A stretch of DNA of 60,574 nt, the filler included, from Hausera hauseri (Eukaryota), in NCBI GenBank assembly GCA_046269625.1. It is 11 parts of 11 records of this genome, joined end to end, with 100 filler letters (N's around TTAATTAATTAA, not from the genome) between each part and the next. Parts side by side here need not be neighbours in the genome. Positions count along the whole stretch, not along the records: positions 1 to 5,294 come from JBJURY010287725.1; positions 5,395 to 9,721 come from JBJURY010633442.1; positions 9,822 to 14,413 come from JBJURY010514237.1; 8 more parts are not named here. The stretch is one strand, 5' to 3'. The stretch's first letter is position 1; each line of letters begins with the position of its first letter. The notes under the pieces are model-generated. The model did no database searches. It saw only the letters and a list, made by a program, of their open reading frames with translations, and was not told the origin of the DNA. Position numbers and translations under genes: made by a program. This document shows positions 1-12,110 of this stretch, in pieces.

Positions 1-280
1 TGCTCATCTTTACCATATTTATTACATCTTTGTGATGTATGGAAAAGTTCCCAAACGACCTCCATTAGTTTCTGCTGGATGCCCACTGATACAGATATTA
101 ATAAGACCCACACAGTTTTTGCATAGTATCCATTCTTTACAATATATTGCATTGTGTTCAAACTAACCAAAAGTTTGCAAAACTGTGTTATTGCTTATAT
201 AGTTTACTGACTATATCTCACTTCATATAATTTCTCAAGTCAGTCATTTTCTATCTACTATATTATAAAAGTAATTCATA

Positions 281-740
281 CCTTCCCTCCACATATGCCG
301 TTATTGGTAGCGTAGCTGCTCAAGAAGTCATGAAAGCAGCATCCAGTAAATTCACTCCCATTCAACAATGGCTTTATTTTGATGCTTTTGAATGTCTCCA
401 CAGCATGAATGCTAAAGTTTTACAGAACACCGAAGCGGATTGTAGTTCAAATAGCCGATACTGCGGTCAGGCTTCCGTTTTCGGAAATAAATTTCAAGAG
501 AAATTGTCAAATCTCAATTACTTTGTTGTCGGTGCCAGTGCAATTGGCTGTGAACATTTGAAAAATGATTCCATGATGGGAATCGGTAGTCGTACCAAAG
601 GAAAAATTTTCGTGACTGACATTGACAGCATTGAAAAGTCGAATTTGAATAGACAGTTTTTATTCCGCCCTCAGGACATCCAGAAAATGAAATCAGAAGT
701 CGCCGCTAAAACTGTTGAAACTATGAATCCAGAGATCAAT
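281..740 (+). pseudogene. UBA1: Intronless internal fragment of ubiquitin-activating enzyme E1 (UBA1-like)
   Basis: [34 protein letters not shown]...[11 protein letters not shown]...[16 protein letters not shown]...[32 protein letters not shown]...MNP matches UBA1. GAGAIG is changed to GASAIG. Similarity stops abruptly after MNPEIN. Confidence 0.9.
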
Positions 741-805
741 CCTTTTTGGGATTTTCTGGGCGAAAATTATAAAAATTATTCTGGTATAATTACCGCGAAA
801 ATGGG

Positions 806-864
806 TGTAGTGCCTGAAGGGTGGTTGCACTGGAGGGGTTAGTAGATCGGTGAGGAGATTTTCC
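806..864 (+). repeat. Conserved 5' cap of a Gypsy LTR-like segment (copy 1)
   Basis: TGTAGTGCCTGAAGGGTGGTTGCACTGGAGGGGTTAGTAGATCGGT matches the reverse complement of 57443-57488 at 40/46 positions. It starts with TG and lies upstream of gag. Confidence 0.7.
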
Positions 865-1476
865 ATGAAGATTTATCATTACGATCACTGTCAATCTAAT
901 TGGATACACACTGGAAAATATTCAATCATCTGATTGATTTTCTTTTGATTTCAAAACAGACATGCCGTTTCTCAACATTGTCGATCAAGAAACGGAAAGT
1001 TCTACAAGTCTCAATACTTTCGTTACGCAAAAGGATGACAAAAAAATCAAATTCGGAATGTGTGATTGATTCAGAATGTAATGGTTAAAATGTGATATTT
1101 TCCCAAAGCTAACTATGATTATTGGGCAGAGTCTGTTTCTCCAAAAATGAAAGTGTCAGGCATTTGGATACTTTCTATCAAGACTCATTTAGTACAAATA
1201 TGGGAAAGGTTCTTTTATGCAGTAAATTCTAATGAAAATATGAAAATTGACGGTTTTTTTCTTTTATTGGTGTACTTTGCTCATGTATGGCTATTGGATT
1301 TTTCATTGTTCGTAATTTAACCCAGAACCAACAGCCCCATGTATATATTGTAAATAGATAATGATTTAATGATTAATTATAAAAATTTTTTGAATCTGGA
1401 ATAAATTGTTGGAGCTAATTCTCGTCGTTTGGATTTTACTATTCTACGTAATGTCGATGACACACAGGAAACTACA

Positions 1477-1614
1477 ATGGGTACTACTGCTAATGGAGTT
1501 GAAGGAACCCACATTCAAGGTTTTCCTACTTTTGAATACTTCCCTAAAGATTCATATGAAGTTACTGATTACGAAGGCGATATAATTTTAGATGCTTTCA
1601 AAAAGTTCCTTGAC
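1477..1614 (+). pseudogene. C-terminal fragment of a protein disulfide-isomerase thioredoxin domain
   Basis: MGTTANGVEGTHIQGFPTFEYFPKDSYEVTDYEGDIILDAFKKFLD matches the PDI a' end pattern MDxTANEV...I.xFPTL.YFP....DY.G.RTLD.F.KFL. No CGHC is present. Confidence 0.8.
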
Positions 1615-3116
1615 ATGAAAGCAATCGAATTTATCTCAAAAAGGAACGCTTTGGGTCTTACCACACCTGCGGCCGGGTTTACCGATGGAGTTGAACTTGT
1701 CTGGACAATTGGGTGCCGTCGGGGCAGAGCCACATCTTCAGCGACACACTCAACAGCTACAAGACACGAGACAAAATACGTGGGGATACCGCACTACCCA
1801 TCATGTTGCTTATTACCATCATTTTCCATCTACCTTTTTGTAAATAATAAATTGATACATACCGCACATATAACACAATGTATCGACACAACACAATTAT
1901 ATGACCTCATCCATAAAACCACCCTCCTCAATGACTTCTATCTGACTCAATGGATTCATTTTAACTAGCCTCCCACACATTACTTCCTCACAATACTACC
2001 TCTGTATACACATTCACCTTAGAATCCGCGGCGGTATGATATCTTCACCAACCAGTGACATCACAGATAAGGTGACCACAAAACCCAAATTCATTTTCTA
2101 CTATCCAAAATCAAACAATATAACTCCTTAAACCGATCCTGGCTTTTCTTGCAAAACCCCTACAATTACACCCTCACATTGCACCGAATACTTTACAGAC
2201 AATGAAAACTCTAGTAAGACTTGGCTCCACTTCCATCAAATTTGGCTACAGTCCAACGGCATAACAGACTCGTTAACCAAAGCCCATAATCTACTCTATC
2301 TTCTACCAAACTCCATGATGACCTGAATCCATAACTTACTGGACATCTTTCAACACCCTGATTCTTATACGTAATTCTTCAATGCTTTTTAAAACTAACA
2401 GAACCACCAATTGACTCGATAATACAACGATTCTTTAATGAAAACGCAATGGGGATACAAAAACCTAGTGATTTCTTACGCACCTCTTTGGCCCACTTAC
2501 GTACCCTTGGGGCACCAAGGAACACAATCCGGAACTACGTCGCCGTTATTTTCTTAATGCTTTATTCATTCAAATTAGGGCTTTACTGTCGTTGAGGATT
2601 TGACAGCTTTAGATAAACTAGCCGAATTGGCCGATAAAGCACACGAAGTTTTACAAATACAGTCACAGCCAATTATATCAGCCTCAATTACAACCGGCGA
2701 CAATCAACTACATACATCTATAGAGCACCAACTGAACCAGTTACGCGCCGAAAATGCAGCACTACAACATACAATCCATAACATCAATGATAAGCTAAAT
2801 GACCTTTCCTCGCAGCGATATAGTGCTCCCGTTTTTCGTTTCACGAGTTCTGTCTCAAGAAATCGAACACCGTCGCCAGCGCCGGTCGTTTATGTTACTA
2901 TCAACAAATTTAATAACAAAGCTAATAAATGCTGTTTAGGGTGTAGATATTACTCTTCGAATCTACACTCAGATAACATTGTTTGTATCTATCATGCAAA
3001 ATTTGGATCTAATGCTCGGAACTGTATTTCAGGCTGTAACTATAAAACTAACAATAACTACACCATTGATAGACGTTCCAGTTTCTCTAACAATAACCGT
3101 CCTAACTCACCAATCC

Positions 3117-3126
3117 AAAAAACTGA
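3117..3126 (+). promoter_or_regulatory. Putative -1 frameshift slippery site (AAAAAAC + stop) at gag/pol junction
   Basis: AAAAAAC-TGA here; same heptamer plus stop at the gag end at 37355-37364 (+) and 53044-53053 (-). Confidence 0.65.
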
Positions 3127-5294
3127 TTTCGCCGGCAGTATTCATGAGAGTCTGGCAAAGGCATCTTACCTAATTCTTCTTGCCGACACTTTTGCAGTCT
3201 TTGCACTAAAAGCTGTTATCTCTACTACTAGCATTCAATCTATAGACTTTCTCATCGATACCGGTTCAGCTATCTCTTCACTTAAAACAAAACCTTTATA
3301 CACCACCTCCGGTCAACCCCTTCATATTTCCGGAACATGCAAATTATCTTTCACTCCCAAAATTTTACTCATCATTTCATTGGACGTTTACAGTCGTTAA
3401 CGTTCAGACCTCAATACTTGGCTCCGATTTCCTGTCACACTAGAACTTGCTAGTCGATTGTAAACAACGATGCGTGAAATCAAATTCAACTGAAGACTGT
3501 AGCGCAGTAATAGGCAGCATCCTGACGACAGCACAGCCAAGGTAAGTAGGCAATCAATCTTTAAAAAGTTAATACCTCATCCTAATTCTCTTAACTATCA
3601 CGTTTTACCTCTAAGCTTTTAGAGGATAATGTCGATAGTCAGTCGCAGCTCACTGTCGACATTCACGATCTTGTATCTTCAATAAAATCACTAAACAACA
3701 CCACTTCCCCAATAACGTCTTTGACACGACCATTTACATCAGATTCCACTCGATTTCACACCAACAATTAACTAACATTCACTAAGTACTTCTGACATCG
3801 GTTCATCGCCACTTCCAATATTCCGGCAACTACCCGTAAGTTTGCAACAAATCATCAATACTTCTTGTCCTTGTATACTTCAGAAAGATCAGAGTTTTAT
3901 TCCTGTAAACGGCATTTACCATAATATAATTACACGACACCAAAGACCAATTCGTCAAAAGGTTCGTCCATTGTCACCTCGTCAGAGGCAGGCAGTAGAG
4001 GCGGAATTTTTTGAACTCGAACAATCAGGTATTGTTCGTTGATCTAAATCCCCATGGTCTTCGCGTCTCCACGTTGTCCAAAAAAGATGGATCCTTCCGA
4101 CCATGCGGCGATAACAGCCAGCTTAATACTTTAACCATAATGGATGCATGTCCACTACCATTGATCAAAGACATTACATCGGCTTAATTCTACTACAGTT
4201 TATTCAACAATTGATTTAGCCAAAGCATACCACCAAATTCCTGTCGCACTGGAAGACATCGACAAAACTACACTTACCACACCTTTCGGTCTTTATGAGT
4301 ACTTGTACATGCCTTTCGGTCTTCGGAATGCTGCGCAGACTTCAGCGACACGTTGATTCAATCCTTTCAGACTTTCCTTTTGCGCATCCATATATTGACG
4401 ATATCTTGGTTGCTTCTTCTATTAAACAACACGAGGAATATCTACGCTGTATCTTCAAACGACTTAATCAGCGCAATCTACAGATCAATGTAGCAAAATG
4501 TAAGTTCTTTCAAAAACGCGTTAATTTTGTTGGACATATTCTCTCATCAAACGTCCATTCATCTCAGCCTGATCGAGTTGAGACTTAAAAATGTCCAACT
4601 ACCTAGGACAATCACAGAAATGCACATTTTTATTGGTACCTTGCACTTTGTCCACAAATATATTCCATATTGCTCGGAATTCACGGCACCTTTTGCACTC
4701 TTAAGTGGAGGAAAAAACAATAAAATCCAGTGGACACCACAACTGGTTGATAGGTTTGATAGGCTACGCGAAGGACTAAAGACTGTTGAAATACTAGCAT
4801 TTCCTAAGCCTGACGCTGAGCTAATTTTGACTACAGATGCATAAAACATCGCAGTAGGCGCCGTACTACAACAATTGTATAAATGCGAAAACCAGTCTCT
4901 AGAATTCTTTTCTCGAAAAATAATAAAGCCAGAAACTAGTTATTCAACTTTCGATCGGGAACTGCTGGCAATAGTTCTTGCTTTAAGACATTTTTCCCAC
5001 TTACTTACAGCTTGTCATTTTGTTATACAGACTGATCACAAACTGCTGATTAATATAATAGCAATGAAACATTCTTCAAATCGACAAGAACGAAAAATGT
5101 CATATATATCCACATTTAACTTCGACATTAAATACATTGACGGTGTTGACAATCTAGTTGACCATTTCTTATCTAGATCAGTCGGTTCAATCAATTTTTC
5201 ACCAATTTTTATTCAGACAAAACTTCAAGAAAATCAGCTATCTAAAGGTATTCTTAAGTCGTTCAAGTCTCACCACATTGTTGACGGCGTGGCC

Positions 5295-5394
5295 NNNNNN
5301 NNNNNNNNNNNNNNNNNNNNNNNNNNNNNNNNNNNNNNTTAATTAATTAANNNNNNNNNNNNNNNNNNNNNNNNNNNNNNNNNNNNNNNNNNNN
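5295..5394. other. Artificial contig-join spacer
   Basis: N44-TTAATTAATTAA-N44; stops in all six frames. Confidence 0.99.
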
Positions 5395-5900
5395 TATTCA
5401 ACATCAACATCAAAGAGCTGGCTGACGATGGTACCTGACAATATTATATGTCCATATCGTGATCATGGACCGAATTGTGCTTACAAAAATTGCCTACGGC
5501 TTTGTATTTATTATATTTTATGCAAATAAATGTATTTCTTTGTTTCTTCTTTCTTTCTGTAAACATGGTTCGTATTGGTCAGTTAAATAGTTCAAAACTA
5601 GTGTATGTATCATTGTGATATAGACAACATATATCTTTGTTGTGATATGAGAAAATGCTGACAAAGTAAATGTCTATTGTTTACAATGAAAACAAAAGTT
5701 GATATAAATATGGATGTCTTTTCATTTCACTTTGTCCCTAAAATGTCTGCACAACAAACAGCAGCATATACAACAACAACGACAGTTTAATTGTGCCAGG
5801 TTCCAGTAAGTCCATTTCATTTTTACTTTTTGTCCTTAATATGTATTTAGAAAGCAACAGTGAGTCTAAGTAAGGCCCGTAGTCCCTCAGACAGTCCAGA

Positions 5901-6269
5901 GTGTATAACGGGTACAATCTACATTTCCTGCGAACCCCAATTGTAGTGCAATTATCAACGCCGATCAAAATAAACCAGGTAAAATATGGCATGTTGGCAA
6001 AGAAAATAGATGACAGTGAATTTGGTGCATTGGAGGAAACGGCGAAGAAAGTGGACAATGATTTGATGTTGTCCAATGATATTTGGGACACATCCTCGCT
6101 TTTCCTTAAAAGCAAAATGGCGAAAATTGTGCGTGAAAATGGACAAACAGCAGTTTTGCCAACGGAAGGTGTAAAAGGATACCCAAAAATGAAGTTGAAA
6201 GGATATAAGGAACTGTGTGGTATTAAATCGCCAATGTGGAAGTTGGGGAAGTTTACCCTAATGAATTGA
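5901..6269 (+). CDS. Hypothetical protein convergent with pPolB; possible OB-fold ssDNA-binding protein
   Basis: Open frame with beta-strand pattern ending KLKGYK...SPMWKL. Lies tail-to-tail with pPolB. The fold call is an impression only. Confidence 0.3.
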   Translation: MYNGYNLHFLRTPIVVQLSTPIKINQVKYGMLAKKIDDSEFGALEETAKKVDNDLMLSNDIWDTSSLFLKSKMAKIVRENGQTAVLPTEGVKGYPKMKLKGYKELCGIKSPMWKLGKFTLMN

Positions 6270-6570
6270 CTTTAGTTTTGGTGTTTTTAGTTTTTGATTT
6301 GTAATAAAATTTATTTAAGTTTTTGGTGTTGTGTTGTGTTGTGAAAAGTATTTGAGTTTTTGAGTAATATGAGTTTTCTTTCGATAACCCATCTTAAGCC
6401 CTATTTTCTTGTTATAAAACAGAAGACAAAAACTAGTGTACAAATACGTTATTGATCACATGTACAGCAAATAAATGTAAAACAAAGGTCACAAATGTCA
6501 ATGATCTGGCTGGTCTGAATTTTATCTTTGTACTGACGGAACTGTTTTGTTACTGAGTAATGAACGTGTG

Positions 6571-9500
6571 TTATCTCAAACGCCAATGTCCGTACGCCCA
6601 ACTTTTATTTCGCCCCACCCATTTTCTCTTGTCATCGTTGCATGATAAAGCAAACTTTTTATTTGTGATGGTATACAGCTGGTTCTCAATCGATCGAATG
6701 GTTGTTTGAGACAGAACAGCCTTTCCTCCTTCTCTTTCTTCTTCTTCTTCGTGTCCATCATAGACACGGCGATAAGCACCGTGATTTAATTCCGTCTGTA
6801 TCAGCTGGATGCCTTTTGCCCGCAAAAAATCCATTCCCTGTATTGAACCTGGCCTTCACTTTTGTCCTTGAAGCAGCCCACTTTGTTTGTTATCGCGCTA
6901 CTGTACATTGGATGGTTCTGTGGATAGTTGGACGTGTCCAGTACTTCATCTGGCATAATTTGTCGGAGCAGCTGGTCTCTATTAATGTTTTTCAGCTCAA
7001 GAAATAATCTGTCTGTGTCACCGGCAACGATACTGATATCACAGCGCCGCCGCCGCAACCGCCGAACATTTGCTAGTAACGTGCCAAGTCCGATACTGGA
7101 GCTCGTACATTCTCAACTTGCTCAAGTCCAATACCACTTGTCCGATGTTGCTTGGCCGGTCCACTACAACGTCTTCCCGATTTAAAAGCACGGAGACCAA
7201 TCCATCGGCAATGTGCATTGACCGCCTGAACTGAGCCTTGCTGGTGTACGTAATCAGTCGTTTCTCGTTGTTGCACAGGCACACATTGAGCCGCTTCCTC
7301 ATATTTTTCACTGTTTTCCCGTACAATGAATTGTTTTTGAACTTGTAATAGTCCTTTCCAAACTTTGTGCAAGCTGCGGCTCGTTTCCCGGAATTTCCAT
7401 AAATGTACGCCTTGAATATCGGCGCCTGATTGAAGCGGATTGCATGATGCAGCTGTGCGACGCATACACCGAACTGCATTAAAACTACTGCAGACGCCAA
7501 TGAACCACGTAATTCGATTTGGGTTCATGTGTCATAAGCAGTTTCTTTACTTTGAGCCACCGGGTGGATATTGGCTAATTGGTGCGATAGGCAGTTCATA
7601 CAGAAAATCATGCAGCTCATCCGATACCACGAAATCAACTTCCATTAGACAGCCGATTGAGCTACTTTCTCTTGTGTTTGCTGCTGCTGCTAACAGACTG
7701 TCCAGCAATGTATGCAGTTCTTGTTTGTCCATTACCCATTCAAATGAACCGTACGGCAAGGGTTGCGGAAGCGCCCAGCCGGAGAGGTTATGACGTTGTA
7801 TCGTCGTCATCACTGGCTACGTGATGCTTGTTGACAAATGTCATGCCGCCACGAATGCCAACGTCAAATAGTCGATACATTTCCGGATTTTGTAGCAGCT
7901 CTATGTCCCGATCAAGTAACATTAGTGCCAATGCCCAACTTATCCCGGTATTAAGTAAAAGTTGAGCGGTTGAGCTTTAGCCCGAAATGTTTGAAACACA
8001 TCGGCTAATAGGTACACATCGAGCTTTTGATACTGAAGCATGTAGTCCAATATGTTTCTACAACCGAGCTCTGTCCAAGATTTCTGTGCTCTGTGATATT
8101 CATCTTCTGTGATACCTGTCCATCGGGACGGTAATTCCTCTGTTGTCCGGAGTCGCTCATATGACACGGCAAAATCATACGGGAATATGCCTTTGCTGCG
8201 TGCAATATGTTTGGGGAACTGCGTCAGTGTTAGCAGCGCATCCGGCAAGGCATTTACGAGCTTGCCTAGAGACTCATTGAGGAACTGCAATGAATCAAGA
8301 AACCGTACCTGAAATCGGTTTATGCGTGCCGATAGGGACAGGTACTTATCCATCGTTGTTGGGATTATGGATAGCTCCCAGTGCGGAAATACGTTTATGG
8401 CCAATTTCAGAATATGTTGACAGTCATAACCCCTGAAGTTATGAAATATCACTGGCAGGAGTGGCCCCACCCGTCTTGCCAAATTGCATGAGTTGCATGC
8501 TGCTCCCAAGTATCGACCGGTATAATGGTCGTGATCCGGTACGAGCCGTCCCGGTAATATTTTGTGGTACAGGTAACATTCATCGGTAGTTGCAAACGTC
8601 AGGCATTCATCTTCATCTGTCCAAATCAGGAGTTTTGTGCTGTTATTGCGATACTACAGTGCGATTTCCCTTTGTACTATCGTTTTCAAATGCTGCAGGA
8701 AATCACGCACACAGGTCCAGCCGTCAAAGGCGTAATACTGAGGCTGACCGACTGCTTTTATTGGGACAATCATCATACCAACGGCGATTGGAACGTGTTT
8801 TTTATCATACACGTTATACCGTGGTACAATTGCCTCAATAGTGACATATACCACATTTGCTGGACTGTTTATTTTTGACATATCTGTGAACCTGAGTTCC
8901 TTTTTGACGGGAATGATATGCATTGTGGTTCCCGATGAATTTTTTCTGCACAAAGTCTCATGTTTCTCCCGTGATGTTTCCGACCTGAATCCATGCAGAC
9001 ATACAGAACATCATTTACAATTTTTACGCTTTTTGATGAATTGATGGTGATCAATGTTAAGTAGTCTGTCCAATTTGGTTACTGCCACGTAATGAAATTT
9101 ATTTGCTTGCTCCAGTAGCAACAAATTTATTACTGAGTGACCATTTGGATTCCGATTTCGATAGAGTATATCTAAATAAGGGTTTTTGTAAATTTCTTCA
9201 TCCGTCGGTATTTCTACGACTGTGTTGTACCGGAACACGCTGATTGTCAGTGCCGGATTACGCCGTTCAAAAGTCGGAACGAATTTCATTTTTATGGACA
9301 TCCAGCTTTTATCGAAATCCAGTTCGGAAAAATATTTCTGATACTGTCTTTCTACTTCGTCGTATTTCAATACCACCAGAATACTGTAAAGAAAACAGTA
9401 TTCATCGTTGGTATTTTTTACATTCACTACCACCAGAGACTGCTTCAGAGCTACAGGTGTCGGTATGAATTATCGTCCAGACAAATATATCATATCACTC

Positions 9501-9721
9501 GACTTTGTTATGATAAAGCCGAGAGTGGCAATTCGTATAATTCGCCATCCACTACCCTTTTCGGTGTAGTTGGCGATTTTCTCATCGAGCTTTTCGCCTA
9601 TGTCGGCAATAAAATCTTCAGAATACGGTACGGTTTGATGTGAGAGGTACCACTGTTTCCTGTCACCTTCCAAATTTTCAAATTCTGCAAGTGCATAATA
9701 TTGCACTTTGCAGTGGTGTTG
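6571..9721 (-). pseudogene. Polinton/Maverick (adintovirus-like) protein-primed DNA polymerase B, decayed
   Basis: VNVKNTNDEYCFLYSI; endonuclease-VII-like DHDHYTGRYLGAACNSCNL; ExoII FHNFRGYD; FLDSLQFL; KGIFPYD; GIRGG; KFKNNSLYGKT; GDTD; C-terminal KFALSCNDDKR...AYGH. Broken by frameshifts. Confidence 0.92.
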
Positions 9722-9821
9722 NNNNNNNNNNNNNNNNNNNNNNNNNNNNNNNNNNNNNNNNNNNNTTAATTAATTAANNNNNNNNNNNNNNNNNNNNNNN
9801 NNNNNNNNNNNNNNNNNNNNN
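9722..9821. other. Artificial contig-join spacer
   Basis: N44-TTAATTAATTAA-N44. Confidence 0.99.
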
Positions 9822-11166
9822 GGCGAAACCTGTAATCGCAAATCAACTGTCGGAATGGTCCGAATTAGTAACGCAATTAAGCAAATTGGTAGAAGATCTC
9901 AAAACAAAATTTCCCCAAAGCGAGCCAACGGTAAAGAAACAAATAGAAGAAAGTGCGCACAACCTAGGCACGATGTGAATAGAGATAGACATCCGTACTA
10001 AATTCGAAGCGCTACGACGACTAAAATTTATGGAAAAGGAACGAGAAGCATTGATCATGGAGAAAATCTACAGACTGATCGAAGAGACAAACTTTACGGA
10101 AAAACGGAACATGATTTACAATGTAAACTCAAAGTTAAAGATTGTTCAACTCGAAGGAGTACAATACTTAACAGGAAAACCAATCGACGAAATTTCTGCA
10201 CAAAGCATTGAAATCCTGGACATTTGTCCAGAGCATCGAGATAAGTTAATGGTGGCAATAAAGTTTTTACACAAACCTCAAAAATGGATGGCCGGGTCAG
10301 ACCAGAATTTCCATACCAATTTGATAGAAATAGGAAACTACCCACATTCTAGTTTTCAGTAACATAAATTCGTAAAGAAAGTGTCGGATGCAATGGACCC
10401 TGATTCAAAAGTTATAAATGAGGTGTATGAGTTAGCCTATATATTGGTGAAAATGGCAGAAATAAGTGATGAGCAAATAAGGCAATTGATGTCCAAGATA
10501 CAGAAAATAAAAGAAACATGTATTAAGACGAAACAAAGAGCGACAATGTTGGATGAAATAACAAAGAAACTTGAAGTCTATCGAAACAAATATGCTTTTA
10601 CCAAATCAGAGATTAAGAATAAACGCGAATTTGTACAAAGATGTCAAAAGGATGTAATTCTTGAATTGACAGATTATCACCAGAAAGGGCTAGTTTGTCC
10701 GAACGTATTGGGCGAGTTATTGAAAATGATTCAGTATGCATGTGGAAACGGAGTAGGTTTCCGAACTACGCAAATGAAAGAAATACAACTTAGATTAAAG
10801 GAAATTCGGGAAAATATTCAAAGAGCCAATACGGCTTTAGCAGACAACTGACTTCCGTATGCCGGAAACGAACCCGAATGGGATGCAAACTTCGACGAAA
10901 TACTTGCCGGAAAACATATGACTCCAGTACAGCCAAACGAAATAGAAACAGGTTCGCAGGACAGGAGATTCAATGTGTAGATAGTACTGGATTTAGCGCT
11001 AAATGAAAAGGATTTTATTGAATTATTTAACATAAATATTACTGAAAACAAATTAAAACAACTTATTTCAACTTTAACTAAATTGTCCAGTGAGAACACA
11101 ATTTATATCACGGTGCCGAAACTTTTGATAAGGAAATATGTTAAAATTTTAAGGAATAGGCCTGAG

Positions 11167-11391
11167 GTGACGATAAAGGTAATGGTGTTATCCGAATGGA
11201 TAAACGAAAAAGAATGCGAGTTGATTACATATTCCTACGTAAAGAACGTAAGAAAATGGCTAGTAAACAACGGTGGAACGAACGAGTTAAATTACATATT
11301 TTAATTTAGAGGTAGAAGATTCAATGATCTAGAACAACTAATAGACGTAGGGATTATTCCTGACGAAACAAATCGGATAGTGGTCGTGATA
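11167..11391 (+). other. Ubiquitin-like (beta-grasp) domain within family B polyprotein
   Basis: VTIKVMV...ELITYSYVKNVRKWLVNNGG...FRGRRFNDLEQLIDVGIIPDETNRIVVVI aligns by eye with ubiquitin MQIFVKT...[20 protein letters not shown]...[27 protein letters not shown]. Confidence 0.65.
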
Positions 11392-12110
11392 ACTAACGAA
11401 CAAACAAAAGAAGAAGCCACGCGTAAAGCCAAAACAGAACAATGCGTAGGACAAATTATGGGAGTTCAAGACGCTGCAATGTATTTTGAGTATTTACAAA
11501 CAGACGAGGATAAGGAACAATACGACATAAATTTAGTACCAATGAGTAAAATATTTACTAAGGGTCCAAGACCGAAACGCCCAGTAGGTAGTCCTAGAAT
11601 AGTGCGAGAAGAAGTAGATTACAATGGAGAGTTAATTAGAGAATTGAAACAGATGTCGATCCTATCTCTTAGCACAGATAATGAAGAATTAAGCGAGTTA
11701 ATAAAAAATTTAATACGAATTGTAAATTATTCAAGCCTTCGAGGTGATGTATTAGATGATAAAGAAAAGACAATATTCAATGCAGCTAAGATGATGCGAA
11801 GTTCGCGTTTCAAACCATCGAAAAGTAACTTAACCGATGAATCGGTAATCGATAAGATTATGGTAGAAACACCAATGAGGAGTTGAGAAAAGTGTTATTA
11901 TATTTAGCAATCAAGATAAATCCTAATCGAGAGAACGAAATTAATAAGGCTATAAGTTTAGCACGGAAAGCAGCAAGAAGAATGACTTGCAAAGTAAATT
12001 GGACAAGACTGTTTTATAAGGAAGAAAACAAACGAAACAACAACAAACTCGACGACATGTTACGTAACCTGACGACGTCAGCCTTTGGAGGTCGAAAGAA
12101 TGAATCAAAC

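Larger units (their letters stand above)
806..5294 (+). mobile_element. Decayed Ty3/Gypsy LTR retrotransposon (family A, copy 1), truncated at contig end
   Basis: Gag ~2160-3126 (CIYHAKFGSNARNCISGC), protease FLIDTGS, RT (IDLAKAYHQIP; HPYIDDILV), RNase H (LTTDA; YSTFDRELLA; TDHK). Many stops and frameshifts. Confidence 0.92.

Noticed and set aside
5339-5350. Recurring TTAATTAATTAA palindrome as a biological repeat or CRISPR-like array
   Set aside because: Always centred in identical N padding; it is a six-frame-stop linker.
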